DNA from: Nemertoderma westbladi | Lineage: Eukaryota; Animalia; Xenacoelomorpha | Direction of reading: 5' to 3' | Length of the DNA stretch: 64,000 nucleotides | Assembly: GCA_032718475.1 (NCBI GenBank) | Contig: JAUCBJ010005785.1 | Span: forward strand, 12,912-76,911 | In this document: positions 34,001 to 49,000 of the stretch, in pieces | How positions within the stretch are numbered: the first letter of the stretch is position 1 | How the letters are laid out: every line of letters starts with the position of its first letter | Position numbers and translations under genes: made by a program | Notes under the pieces: generated by a model | What the model was told of the DNA's origin: nothing | Database searches by the model: none | What the model saw: only the letters and a program-made list of their open reading frames with translations

Positions 34001-37000
34001 CGACGCACCCACGGGGCGTAGCGAGCGACCGAGCGTAGCGAGTAGCGGAGTTCCTCGTTGTCCTGGAAGCGGTTGGACTCACTTCGATCGTCCGTCGGGA
34101 GCGCGTCGAGGTCCCAGACTAAACTCGCCGTGTTTATACGTCGGTCCCACTCGTGCGCGGTCACGAACGCGGATAGGTCCTCCGTGCGTGACGTCACCAA
34201 GGCGGCGTTCGCATGGACGATGACGTCAGCAGAGACCGGAAGTCCGTCGGCGCGGAGTCGGTTTCGGACCTGATCGGCCCGAGTCGTTACGTTCTCTACG
34301 ATAAACGCGTGGCTCAGTAGGACGCTGTGAGGCGCTAAATAGTTCGTGGTCACGTATCCCTGAGAGGCGTGCACCGCTGCACCGTTAATATCCACCGGTG
34401 AACTCATCGCTTTTAGTAAACTCGATTCCAACGCGAATTCCATGACGGTAATTTGGAATTGGAATTCCCCGGGGACGGTTTTGTTGTACATAGTCAACGC
34501 CGGCATAAACTGTTTGTATTTGAGTTGAAGTTCCGACAGTTTAATGTGGCCGGGGACGGCCGGTTGAAGAATCAGCATGTTTGTTGGGATGCAATGCGAA
34601 TAAGGACAGAGGGAGTCGGTTTGTTCCACTCCGTTCTGCTCGCGTTCCATAACGCGTCGCACTTTACGTAGTTCCACTAGCATCCGCGGATCCGACCCGT
34701 TGACCCACGTGTAAACAACGTCAACCGGTAACGGACCCCCTATGTCGTCCCATACCGAACGATCAGCTATGTTGTCGCGGTAAACTTGGATAATATAATC
34801 CCCACTGTTGTTACCCATATGCTGCAAAGATACATGAGATACGGAGAGGAAATACATTGCGGAAAAGGCAAACACAATGATTCCAGCGAATATTAAATAA
34901 ATACTGTAGCGACGAGATAAACATGAGTAGGTGTGTTTTTGTATAAGTTTATGTAGCATATCGGTTGCAGAGTATCGATGCGAATTTCTGCTACCGTTAC
35001 CGCCGCTACCAGTAATTATTTCCCAGCTTGTTAAACAGCGACATCGCTGTTCTATCCAACCGCGAATAAACATGGAGATTACCGGTAGCTGTGTTCGCTA
35101 CTGTCTATTCCAGTATTCGGGCAGTCGGATTCGCGTGCTTCAAATCTAAAATTGCCAGACTTCGATGTGTCATTGTCAAACCCAATCCTGTCTTTATAAT
35201 AATTATGATGTGTGAAGTACACCAAGTAAGTAAGCCCCTAAGCAGTAAGCACCGGAGTTTGGGACATTATACTGTTATAGGCCTACTGCATGCATAGTGC
35301 AGTAGTGCATGAAGTTGAAGTACAGGTACCGGCAGACCAGTAGTGCTGGTATTGTGTTGGGTAGGGCGAGATCTACCTAGTTATGCCTATTGCAGTATTG
35401 AAAAATTATTTACTTTCAATTTCGGTTAGTTTCAGTTATTGGTAATTGATCATTGTTAGTACCAGAATGCGTAATGTTGTAGCTTGTAGGTAAATCAGTA
35501 CAAAACTAAATCACCTGTTTTAATGTTTAATCTAAGTGATTTTTACGGTGGAAAATTTGGGTCAATTAATTTTTTTATTTTTTCATTCCAGCAAATTCTA
35601 AATGCTGAAATGATGTTATATTTATATTCTTAAATTGTTACTTTTTCGCTCGAAAATACCCCAAATTCGTGAGAAATTTTCCCTACTGAAAAAGTAACGA
35701 ATCTCGAATGGTACTTTGGGGAACACTGAGGCGATACAGGAAATAGGACTTTACATTAATATGCCAACGCGAGCCACGATTGGGCTCGCGCTGCAATCTC
35801 AGTAACTACAAACTAGTAGTACAGATACTGTCACATATCAGCGAATCTTTATATTATTATTGAAATTACACCATGGTTGTGGTAAAATTGGCAAACATCT
35901 CAGTACTTAAAAGTAATAAATAAAGTATATAAAATAAATTAAAATTAATTAAACTAGTTAAGGAGCCTAGTATAGAAAATAAATTAAAATTAATTAAACT
36001 AGTTAAGGAGCCTAGTATAGAAAATAAATTAAAATTAATTAAACTAGTTAAGGAGCCTAGTATAGAAAATCTATCTACAAATTGAAAACGGACGTTTGCT
36101 TAATGTACCGCGTAACGATAAATTATGCCAGCTCTGTAATGTCCAAGAAGTGGAGGATGAATACCACTTTGTACTTAAATGTCCGCTCTATCATGATCTA
36201 CGCATTACATTTTTGGCAGTAAGATATCATAGAAATCCTTCATTGGTCAATTTTCTTGAACTCCTCAGTCTGACGGCGGATTGCAAAATTAAGCAGTTTG
36301 GTGTGTTTTTATACCACGCCTTTAAATTACGACTGGAGGCTAAAACCTAGTTAGTATTACGTGTGTTGAATGTTTGTGGTGTGAGTGAGAATGTGTTGGA
36401 AGTTCTACGGTTTAGATTGTTATTATATATATAATATATATTATGTTCCTACTTTATGTACTGGGTTCATCTATTTATTTATTTTCTAAATGTATATGTA
36501 CTCCGGTATTGTAGCGTGCAGTTGGTAATACTTTGCTCTCAACAATAGCCTTAATTGGCTTGTGATTAAAAATAAACAAACCAAGAAATCCATCAGATTT
36601 AACAGCACTGCAAATCATTGAAACCATGTTATTGAAGTTTTGGAATGACTTCGAAATGACTAAAAACTACCGCGATTCAAAGAAAATTATTTTTAATAAT
36701 TACAGTATGTACTGTAGCAAGATTAAAGATTACTTCTTATAAATTGCATCATTACGTTTATTTTATTCACTTTGTATTTCTTAACAATATTAGAAAGCCC
36801 GCAAGCTGGCTGGAAGGAGCCCGGGGGAAAAATAACTATGTCAGTCAGCAGTAAGTAAACTAAAATTGTCTAAACTGCAAGGCGTGAGGCTAGCTGACTT
36901 TGTGGCTCGCCCCACATAATAAAAAATGCAACTTAGCTACCACTAACAAAAATATATTATGAAGCAAATAATTTCATTATCAAGCACGTTTACAAGATAT

Positions 37001-40000
37001 AAGATACGATTACCAAATATTTATAAAAAATTCCCATGATGGACAACCAGATAAATAACAACGATTAGAGCCAAATAACAAATTTAGTTTCCTTCTATAG
37101 GTATCGCCCCGTCGTCAAGCGGAATATCTCTTCCCAGTGAATCCTATGTGAATATGTAATATAGGTATTCCTGCTAAGTTAGGCAGTAGGCCAGAGCGGG
37201 CTCCTTAAATACATGCAACTACTGTATTATAGTGTAGATCAACTATAAAACATAGGCAAACCACAGTGAGTAACAACTGCAATAGGACACAACACACTGC
37301 TTTGTGTAACTAAAATTCATTCTCCTGATCCACCCCTTAACATAGCAGAGTGAGTAACCTTATTGTAGATATACCCTTAGGAAGCACTGGGAGAGCAATC
37401 AGCTTATGGGGTAATACATTAGAAACCAACAGCTTATGTGTGAGTAAACATTGCCTTTCCTTATAGCCTACTAGTAAAACTTGGCAACCAACACGTTTTA
37501 CTATGACTGTGTATAACATATTAAGCCATATTTCATCATGAACACCTATATTTATTATCCTGATATTTTGTTATTTTTCCGGAACAGGAAAGTTCCTGTT
37601 CCTCGGGTTAAAATAACCGGAAAATAACAAAATATCAGGGTAATAAATGTGTTGTTACCAACTAATCTCGGAAAAAATAACCAACTACATCATGTTTATA
37701 TCAAGAAGCCACTATTAATTTACAATATACCAAACCCATCCAGATACCCTAGATTTCTAAAAGGGTTTTGTTTGGGGGTAGAAATATAAAAATGGGGCTT
37801 GGAAATTTTGGGGGGAGACACTAATTACAAATTATTAAATAACACGAGCGGCCAAGGCATAAAATAAATAAATAACATGAGCGGGCCTATGCCTAACAAT
37901 TTCCCCCTGGCGGGTAAACTGGAATAAAGTAAAAAAAACAAATAAATATAATAGATTAAATAATAAAGTAATATAGAATAAATGATGGAAAATACTAGAA
38001 TTTATTTCCATTCCACAGTATGTATAGGTAACACGATGATAGTGATGGGAGTCTACTCGGGACAGCTGAGAGCGTTACATCGTGTGGAATTGGGTGAGAC
38101 ACAATGTAGACAGAACCATTCGTGTGAGAATAGGTGAATGTAGGCTTACCATACTGTATACGATGTACGAATTTAACTTAAGAATAAACTTACGTATTTC
38201 AGTATATGAGAAAAAAGTAGAACATTTTGTTTCTCAATATTCTCTCAACCCTTTATTAACCTCGCTGAAGCTCGGTAAATAAAATGCCTCGAGAATAACG
38301 AAAAAAAGTTCTACTTTTTTTCCCATGTACCTAATAAATAATTATTTATTCTTAAATTGTTACTTTTGCGCCCGAATTTAGATCAAAATCTGGAGAAAAT
38401 ATTTAACTTTTTTTCCTGGCGAAAAAAGTAAAATATAATATTTTTGGTGGAATTTCTTAAATTGTATTACCGTTGTACCGGTACCGTACGTAGTTCTACA
38501 GCATTGTGCATGTGCAGTATGTAAACCTACGTTATTTACAACTGGTAGGTACAAGTCTGTCTGTCTGGTACGTTCGTCTTTACAGTAGAATCGTAGAAAC
38601 TGTAAGAGAATGTGTAGAGAATGGTATTCCTGCCATGATCAGGATGCTGCTGTCCATAATTGTCAAATACCGAAAGTAAAAGATCTCTGAGTAGGCTGAA
38701 TTGAGTGTGCAATCTGAACTTGTAGTGTAGGCCTACCAGTACTGCATTTCCCGTTTAGTTTGCCAGTACCGGTACATTAAATTATTGCCCAATATGCTCT
38801 GTTCTGTAGGCGTACCGGTCAGGTAGGTTTTGTAGTTGCAAGGCAGTGATGTGATTGAGACATTAAAGGAAGCTGTGGTACCACTACCGGTACTGTACGA
38901 TGCATGCAGTCAGTCTACCTACAATCTGAACTGAAAACATACCATAGGCCTACGATAGTCTTATTCTTATAACTTTCACTTTCACTCATGTTAGTAAAGG
39001 TAACCGGTACCCTAAGCTAACTAATGTATTCACAACACGGCAAACAGGCATAAATATAATTTCAACATGCAGATTGCAGATACCGGAGTGTTGAAAAATA
39101 AATGTGTTATTTTTTCCTAGGACTAAAATAACACTATTTTTAGATAGGTTATCATTGCGATTGTGTTATTTTTTCCGGGATTGGTTGGTAACAACAGCTG
39201 TTATTTTACCATTGCTTTTAATTTCGCGACAAAATAATGTCAAAAAACTAAATATATCGAATACCACACATATAATCGATCTGAAATTTTGTAACGCGAT
39301 TATGAACCACCAAAGCAATGTACTTGCAAAATTTCATCAAAATCGCCAGGCAGGAAGTGCCTGAACTTGGATAATTATCAGTCAGTGTTAAATATCCTGA
39401 GATTTTTACAGAAAGTATCCCTGAGATTCTTACAGTAAGTATCCCGCTGTCAAGCGGGCTCCTAATTACGTAAGTAAACATGGCTTAAACAATGGCATTT
39501 ACAGTATTTAACAAATTTGTATAATACTTTATATGCTGAGCGAGATAATTAGTTTACCCACAAATTCCGATCTAAGTCATTGTCGGTTTATCTGAAGCGA
39601 TTGGTTGAGTTGACGTTCAATATGGTTAAGATCGAAATTTCTGGGCAAAAACCTCAAACGTTGACATACCTAAGGTAGCTCAGCCTAAGGCTGTATCATC
39701 TACTGTACAGTATTTGCTCAAGTATTACTTTTAATATTTTATATTCTGCATCCACTTAAACTAATATAAATATATTGTTATTTCAGGCATTCTATTTATT
39801 AGTACGGCGCGTCGTTAAAGTTGCTAACAAAATCCTCGACTCTGATGGAGAGCGTTCTTTACTATCTGAGCACACAATTGGTAGGTTTATTATGAGGCAG
39901 ACACACAATTGGTAGGTTTATTATGAGGCAGACACACAATTGGTATGTTTATTATGAGGCAGACACACAATTAGTAGGTTTATTATGAGGCAGACACACA

Positions 40001-43000
40001 ATTGGTAGGTTTATTATGAGGCAGACACACAATTGGTATGTTTATTATGAGGCAGACACACAATTGGTAGGTTTATTATGAGGCAGACACACAATTAGTA
40101 GGTTTATTATGAGGCAGACACACAATTGGTATGTTTATTATGAGGCAGACACACAATAGGTAGGTTTATTATGAGGCAGACACACAATTGATAGGTTTAT
40201 TATGAGGCAGACACACAATTGGAAGGTTTATTATGAGGCAGACACACAATTGGTATGTTTATTATGAGGCAGACACACAATAGGTAGGTTTATTATGAGG
40301 CAGACACACAATTGATAGGTTTATTATGAGGCAGACACACAATTGGAAGGTTTATTATGAGGCAGACACACAATTGGTAGGTTTATTATGAGGCAGACAC
40401 ACAATTAGTAGGTTTATTATGAGGCAGACACACAATTGGTATGTTTATTATGAGGCAGACACACAATTGATAGGTTTATTATGAGGCAGACACACAATTG
40501 GAAGGTTTATTATGAGGCAGACACACAATTGGTAGGTTTATTATGAGGCAGACACACAATTGGTAGGTTTATTATGAGGCAGACACACAATTGGTATGTT
40601 TATTATGAGGCAGACACACAATTAGTAGGTTTATTATGAGGCAGACACACAATTGGTATGTTTATTATGAGGCAGACACACAATTGGTAGGTTTATTATG
40701 AGGCAGACACACAATTGGTAGGTTTATTATGAGGCAGACACACAATTGGTAGGTTTATTATGAGGCAGACACACAATTGGTAGGTTTATTATGAGGCAGA
40801 CACACAATTAGTAGGTTTATTATGAGGCAGACACACAATTGGTATGTTTATTATGAGGCAGACACACAATTGATAGGTTTATTATGAGGCAGACACACAA
40901 TTGGAAGGTTTATTATGAGGCAGACACACAATTGGTAGGTTTATTATGAGGCAGACACACAATTGGAAGGTTTATTATGAGGCAGACACACAATTGGTAG
41001 GTTTATTATGAGGCAGACACACAATTGGTAGGTTTATTATGAGGCAGACACACAATTGGTAGGTTTATTATGAGGCAGACACACAATTGGTATGTTTATT
41101 ATGAGGCAGACACACAATTGGTAGGTTTATTATGAGGCAGACACACAATTGGTAGGTTTATTATGAGGCAGACACACAATTGGTAGGTTTATTATGAGGC
41201 AGACACACAATTGGTAGGTTTATTATGAGGCAGACACACAATTGGTAGGTTTATTATGAGGCAGACACACAATTGGTATGTTTATTATGAGGCAGACACA
41301 CAATTAGTAGGTTTATTATGAGGCAGACACACAATTGGTAGGTTTATTATGAGGCAGACACACAATAGGTAGGTTTATTATGAGGCAGACACACAATTGG
41401 TATGTTTATTATGAGGCAGACACACAATTAGTAGGTTTATTATGAGGCAGACACACAATTGTTAGGTTTATTATGAGGCAGACACACAATTGGTATGTTT
41501 ATTATGAGGCAGACACACAATTGATAGGTTTATTATGAGGCAGACACACAATTGGAAGGTTTATTATGAGGCAGACACACAATTGGTAGGTTTATTATGA
41601 GGCAGACACACAATTGGTAGGTTTATTATGAGGCAGACACACAATTGGTATGTTTATTATGAGGCAGACACACAATTAGTAGGTTTATTATGAGGCAGAC
41701 ACACAATAGGTAGGTTTATTATGAGGCAGACACACAATTGGTAGGTTTATTATGAGGCAGACACACAATTGATAGGTTTATTATGAGGCAGACACACAAT
41801 TGGAAGGTTTATTATGAGGCAGACACACAATTGGTAGGTTTATTATGAGGCAGACACACAATTGGTAGGTTTATTATGAGGCAGACACACAATTGGTATG
41901 TTTATTATGAGGCAGACACACAATTAGTAGGTTTATTATGAGGCAGACACACAATTGGTAGGTTTATTATGAGGCAGACACACAATAGGTAGGTTTATTA
42001 TGAGGCAGACACACAATTGGTATGTTTATTATGAGGAAGACACACAATTGGTAGGTTTATTATGAGGCAGACACACAATTGGTATGTTTAATATGGGGCA
42101 GACACACAATTGCTAGGTTTATTATGAGGCAGACACACAATTGTTAGGTTTATTATGAGGCAGACACACAATTGGTAGGTTTATTATGAGGCAGACACAC
42201 AATTGGTAGGTTTATTATGAGGCAGACACACGATTGGTAGGTTTATTATGAGGCAGACACACAATTGGTAGGTTTATTGTGAGGCAGACACACAATTGTT
42301 AGGTTTATTATGAGGCAGACACACAATTGCTAGGTTTATTATGAGGCAGACACACAATTGGTAGGTTTATTGTGAGGCAGACACACAATTGGTATGTTTA
42401 TTATGAGGCAGACACACAATTGGTAGGTTTATTATGAGGCAGACATACAATTGGTAGGTTTATTGTGAGGCAGACACACAATTGGTATGTTTGTTATGAG
42501 GCAGACACACAATTGGTAGGTTTATTATGAGGCAGACACACAATTGGTAGGTTTATTATGAGGCAGGCTCACAATTGGTAGGTTTATTATGAGTCAGACA
42601 CACAATTGGTAGGTTTATTATGAGGCAGACACACAATTGGTAGGTTTATTATGAGGCAGACACACAATTGTTAGGTTTATTATGAGGCAGACACACTATA
42701 GGTAGTTTTATTATGAGGCAGACACACAATTGGTAGGTTTATTATGAGGCAGACACACAATTGTTAGTTTTATTATGAGGCAGACACACTATTAATTGGT
42801 AGGGTTATTATGAGGCAGACACACAATTGTTAGGTTTATTATGAAGCAGACACACAATTGGAAGGTTTATTATGAGGCAGACACACAATTGTTAGTTTTA
42901 TTATTAGGCAGACACACTATTAATTGCTAGGGTTATTATGAGGCAGACACACAATTGGTAGGTTTATTATGAGGCAGACACACAATTGGTATGTTTATTA

Positions 43001-46000
43001 TGAGGCAGACACACAATTGGTAGGTTTATTATGAGGCAGACACACAATTGGTACGTTTATTATGAGGCAGACACACAATTGGTAGGTTTATTATGAGGCA
43101 GACACACAATTGGTAGGTTTATTATGAGGCAGACACACAATTGGTAGGTTTATTATGAGGCAGACACACAATTGGTATGTTTATTATGAGGCAGACACAC
43201 AATTGGTAGGTTTATTATGAGGCAGACACACAATTGGTAGGTTTATTATGAGGCAGACACACTATAGGTAGGTTTATTATGAGGCAGACACACTATTGGT
43301 AGGTTTATTATGAGGCAGACACACAATTGTTAGTTTTATTATGAGGCAGACACACAATTGGTAGGTTTATTATGAGGCAGACACACAATTGTTAGTTTTA
43401 TTATGAGGCAGACACACAATTGGTAGGTTTATTATGAGGCAGACAACACATTGGTAGGTTTATTATGAGGCAGACACACAATTGGTATGTTTATTATGCG
43501 GCAGACACACAATTGGTAGGTTTATTATGAGGCAGACACACAATTGGTAGGTTTATTATGAGGCAGACACACAATTGGTAGGTTTATTATGAGGCAGACA
43601 CACAATTGGTAGGTTTATTATGAGGCAGACACACTATAGGTAGGTTTATTATGAGGCAGACACACAATTGGTAGGTTTAATATGAGGCAGACACACAATT
43701 GGTAGGTTTATTATGAGGCAGACAACACATTGGTAGGTTTATTATGAGGCAGACACACAATTGGTATGTTTATTATGCGGCAGACACACAATTGGTAGGT
43801 TTATTATGAAGCAGACACACAATTGGTAGGATTATTATGAGGCAGACACACTATAGGTAGGTTTATTATGAGGCATACACACTATTGGTAGGTTTATTAT
43901 GAGGTAGACACACAATTGTTAGTTTTATTATGAGGCAGACACACAATTGGTAGGTTTATTAAGAGGCAGACACACAATTGTTAGTTTTATTATGAGGCAG
44001 ACACACAATTGGTAGGTTTATTATGAGGCAGACACACAATTGGTAGGTTTATTATGAGGCAGACACATAATTGGTAGGTTTATTATGAGGCAAGCTCACA
44101 ATAGGTAGGTTTATTATGAGGCAGACACACAATTGGTAGGTTTATTGTGAGGCAGACACACAATTGGTAGGTTTATTATGAGGCAGACACACAATTGGTA
44201 GGTTTATTATGAGGCAGACACACAATTGGTAGGTTTATTGTGAGGCAGACACACAATTGGTAGGTTTATTATGAGGCAGACACACAATTGGTATGTTTAT
44301 TATGAGGCAGACACACAATTGGTAGGTTTATTATGAGGCAGACACACAATTGGTATGTTTATTATGAGGCAGGCACACAATTGGTAGGTTTATTATGAGG
44401 CAGACACACAATTGGTAGGTTTATTTTGAGGCAGACACACAATTGGTAGGTTTATTGTGAGGCAGACACACAATTGGTAGGTATATTATGAGGCAGACAC
44501 ACAATTGGCAGTTTATTATGAGGCAGACACACAATTGGTAGGTTTATTATGAGGCAGACACACAATTGGTAGGTTTATTATGAGGCAGACACACAATTGG
44601 TAGGTTTATTATGAGGCAGACACACAATTGGTAGGTTTATTATGAGGCAGACACACAATTGGTAGGTTTATTATGAGGCAGACACACCATAGGTAGGTTT
44701 ATTATAGGCAGACACACAATTGGTAGGTTTATTATGAGGCAGACACACAATTGGTAGGTTTATTGTGAGGCAGACACACAATTGGTAGGTTTATTATGAG
44801 GCAGACACATAATTGGTAGGTTTATTTATGAGGCACACACACCATAGGTAGGTTTATTATGAGGCAGACACACAATTGGTAGGTTTATTATGAGGCAGAC
44901 ACACAATTGGTAGGTTTATTATGAGGCAGACACACAATTGGTAGGTTTATTTATGAGGCACACACACCATAGGTAGGTTTATTATGAGGCAGACACACAA
45001 TTGGTAGGTTTATTATGAGGCAGACACACAATTGGTAGGTTTATTGTGAGGCAGACACACAATTGGTAGGTTTATTATGAGGCAGACACATAATTGGTAG
45101 GTTTATTTATGAGGCACACACACCATAGGTATGTTTATTATGAGGCAGACACACAATTAGTAGGTTTATTATGAGGCAGACGCACAATTGGTAGGTTTAT
45201 TATGATGCAGACACACAATTGGTAGGTTTATTATGAGGCAGACACACAATTGGTAGGTTTATTATGAGTCAGACACACAATTGGTAGGTTTATTATGAGG
45301 CAGACACACAATTGGTAGGTTTATTATGAGGCAGACACACAATTGGTAGGTTTATTATGAGGCAGACACACAATTGGTAGGTTTATTATGAGGCAGGCTA
45401 ACAATTGGTAGGTTTATTATGAGGCAGACACACAATTGGTAGGTTTATTATGAGGCAGACACACAATTGGTAGGTTTATTATGAGGCAGGCTCACATTTG
45501 GTAGGTTTATTGTGAGGCAGACACACAATTGGTAGGTTTATTATGAGGCAGACACACAATTGGTAGGTTTATTATGAGGCAGGCTCACATTTGGTAGGTT
45601 TATTGTGAGGCAGACACACAATTGGTAGGTTTATTATGAGGCAGACACACAATTGGTAGGTTTATTATGAGGCAGACACACAATTGGTAGGTTTATTATG
45701 AGGCAGGCTCACATTTGGTAGGTTTATTGTGAGGCAGACACACAATTGGTAGGTTTATTATGAGGCAGACACACTATAGGTAGGTTTATTATAAGGCAGA
45801 CACACAATTGGTAGGTGTATTATGAGGCAGACACACTATTGGTAGGTTTATTATGAGGCAGACACACAATTGGTAGGTTTATTATGCTTCAGACACATAA
45901 TTGGTAGGTTTATTATGAGGCAGACACACAATAGGTAGGTTTATTATGAGGCAGACACACAATAGGTAGGTTTATCATGAGGCAGACACACAATTGCTAG

Positions 46001-49000
46001 GTTTATTAAGAGGCAGACAACACTATTGGTAGGCTTATTATGAGGCAGACACACAATTGGTAGGCTTTTGATAGACGGATACACACTTGGTGGGTTTATT
46101 ATGAGGGCATATTATGCTCATCTTTCTTTGTTTCGGGAAATATTTACATACGTTGTTTATATATAATTTTCCATTATAAGATTATCAACATCAATTAAAT
46201 ATAAATAAACAAACACATTAGATTAATCTCGTAATAAATTTTACTTCAAAGTTTAAACATTAACTTTTAACACGTGTAATTTATTATAATCTAAATATAA
46301 TCCGCAGATACGCCATATTTAGGGTGAGACTTTATAGTGTCATTTTGCAACAGACCTACAGTATCTGAGCAGCACACTGTAAATAAAGTGCTACTTTACA
46401 CACCAAGTATGAATTAATAATAACCATTAATTAGTCCATCCCATCCTTGAAACGAACGCGTTTTGGATAAGTTCCTGTCGCCAGTTTAATTTATCCTGAA
46501 GGGCTGCGTGAGAGCTGGGGGCGGTTGAGGTGCCTCGTTTGCGTAAACAACTCCGTAACTCAATACAAACATGACGATTAAAAGCAACACAGCTTTGATA
46601 TAGTTTACCATATTCGATTCCATAATACGTGATGGACGAATGTTATATATAATTTAAATAAAATTTATTGATAATAATATGTATGCAGATTATATTGCTT
46701 TTATAATAAATATAAAAGACACGATAGCTTGGTGGTTTTATTTATACAATAAAATTGAAAGTGAGACCGAGTTTCCACTGAATAAACGATATATAAATAC
46801 TTTACTTTGGCGGCTTTATCTCATTATGTAATGAATCAGTAAATTACAAAATACTTTGCATCCAATTAAATTACCATTATCTTATTTATCAAATTCAAAA
46901 AATAGTTAAAAAGCTTTTAAAAACTTTTAATGGACAATTATTTTGAATAATCATGTTCATTGATAGTATATCGATTTCTTTTATCGGTTTTCAAATCTGT
47001 AGAAATTACTTCTGAAATAATTATGTTTGGATCGGAATGTATTTCGTAGGAATGTATTAACCCACACTACTTCCTTTGTGAGCAACATAGCTCCATAGTC
47101 ATAATAAAATGCACAGCATGTTCTGTAAGGTGGTAGGTTGCTCCCAAAATATACAACAAAATGATTCTATATAGAATTAGGCCTCACATAGAGAAACTGC
47201 TGCCTAAGATCCAAAACAGATTTCGACCAAATAGATCAACAATAACTCAGATACTTGCACTACAGAGACTAATTGAAGGGATTAAGTCAAAGGATCTCCC
47301 CGCAGTCATGACTTTTGTGGACTTCAAGAAGGCATTCGACTCCATCCATAGAGGTAAAATGCTGGAAATCCTAAGAGCTTATGGAATACCCGAAGTAATT
47401 TTCGTTGGCATTGGATTGTTATATTGTGACACAGAAGATCAGGTATACTCTTACCAGATGGTGAAACTGAGTTCTTCTCAATCCTGGCTGGCGTACTGCA
47501 AGGTGACACATTGGCGCCATTACTATTCGTAATTGTACTGGATTACGCAATGAGGATGGCCACAAAGAGTGAAGATTTCGGATTCACACTACAAGAACGC
47601 AGATGAAGTAGATATCCGGTAACTACAGTCACAGACACCGACTTTGCGCATGACATCGCCCTGCTCTCTAATACGCTAGCAGATGCACAGCTTCTACTGA
47701 ATAATGTGGAGAGGGCTGCTAAGGAGGTTGTATTGTATATAAATGCTACCAAGACCGAATTCATGACTTTTTATGTTGATGGAAACTTGACAAGAATTGA
47801 AAATAATCAGCTAAGGGAGGTTGACGACTTCCAGTACCTTGTGTCATGGATAGAGAGTAGCGAAAAAGACATAGAAGTGTCATGGATAGAGAGTAGAAAA
47901 AAAAAGACATAGAAGTTAGGAAAGCAAAGGCATGGGTAGCTCTATCAACAAGCGCGAAATCGCGCAAAGGTCCGCGTCTACTAACGCATTACTGTTAGTT
48001 ATATTTTAGAAGTTAGTAATAATGTCATCATGTAATCATAGTCTTTTGTTCGTTATGAAATTATACGATATCTGTTAAGTTAGTACATATCTGCAAAAGT
48101 TTCATCAGTATTTTTAAAAGAAACGTTCTTTCTATCAATGGATTGTATAACGCAATTGTTTTTAAGTTCTGTAACATTATGCTATTGTACAAGAATAACG
48201 ATGTCATTGTGAAATAATACATTTTATATAAAAGCGATGGTTCGTTTGAAGACATATGGGACATCTGCGGGAATGTACTAATCTGGAACATTTCTGCAAA
48301 AGGAAACTGTAGCTTAATATGTATTTATAATATGTATTATGTTTATTGTTACTTTAATTATTTTTAGAAATACAAGTGTTTTTTTAAATAACCTTGTTTT
48401 GTTGTAAATAAGGTACACAGTGGTTTAATACCTTTGAATGGCTGCTAAGCTATATTTCATATATTTACCCTCGAATGCATTAAATGCTGGGAAATATTTG
48501 CCTCCAGTTGTAGACATTAGAATGACGTCATGTGATATTTAGTACGACAGTGGTTACATACTGGACATACATCGTAAACGTATGGGCTGGAGTAGGGACA
48601 TACTGATAAATAATGTCGCACTGCGATATATAATATGTCGTTATTTGGCAGTGTGAAATGTTTTCGAATAAATTAAATATATTCTTGGTTTTTTTTATCT
48701 TACCTTTATTTTTAGCTCTGATACTTCATTTGTTGTGCATTGTATGGAAACCTAAGGATATGGGGCTGATTTGTGATATTGAGTTGCCGGAGTTGCTACT
48801 AAAGAGCTCGCTGCTCGGAATAGGTCCTTCCGCCGACTCCAAGAACTACTCGGCCCTCGACCATAGAACCAATCGACCCTACTTGAACAATGAAACGGTG
48901 AGTTTTTATATATTTCTGAACCGAGCGAATAATTAATTAGTACGTAATTACTTTATTATGTATAATAATTGGTACGCAATAAACTGTTCTTAAGAATCAC

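Noticed and set aside
26974-34273. Overlapping alternative-frame ORFs within Tob and GNPTAB
   Set aside because: Expected in GC-rich coding sequence; no recognisable domains.
3300-46105. CRISPR-like arrays
   Set aside because: The arrays are head-to-tail tandem repeats without unique spacers, there are no cas genes, and the context is eukaryotic.
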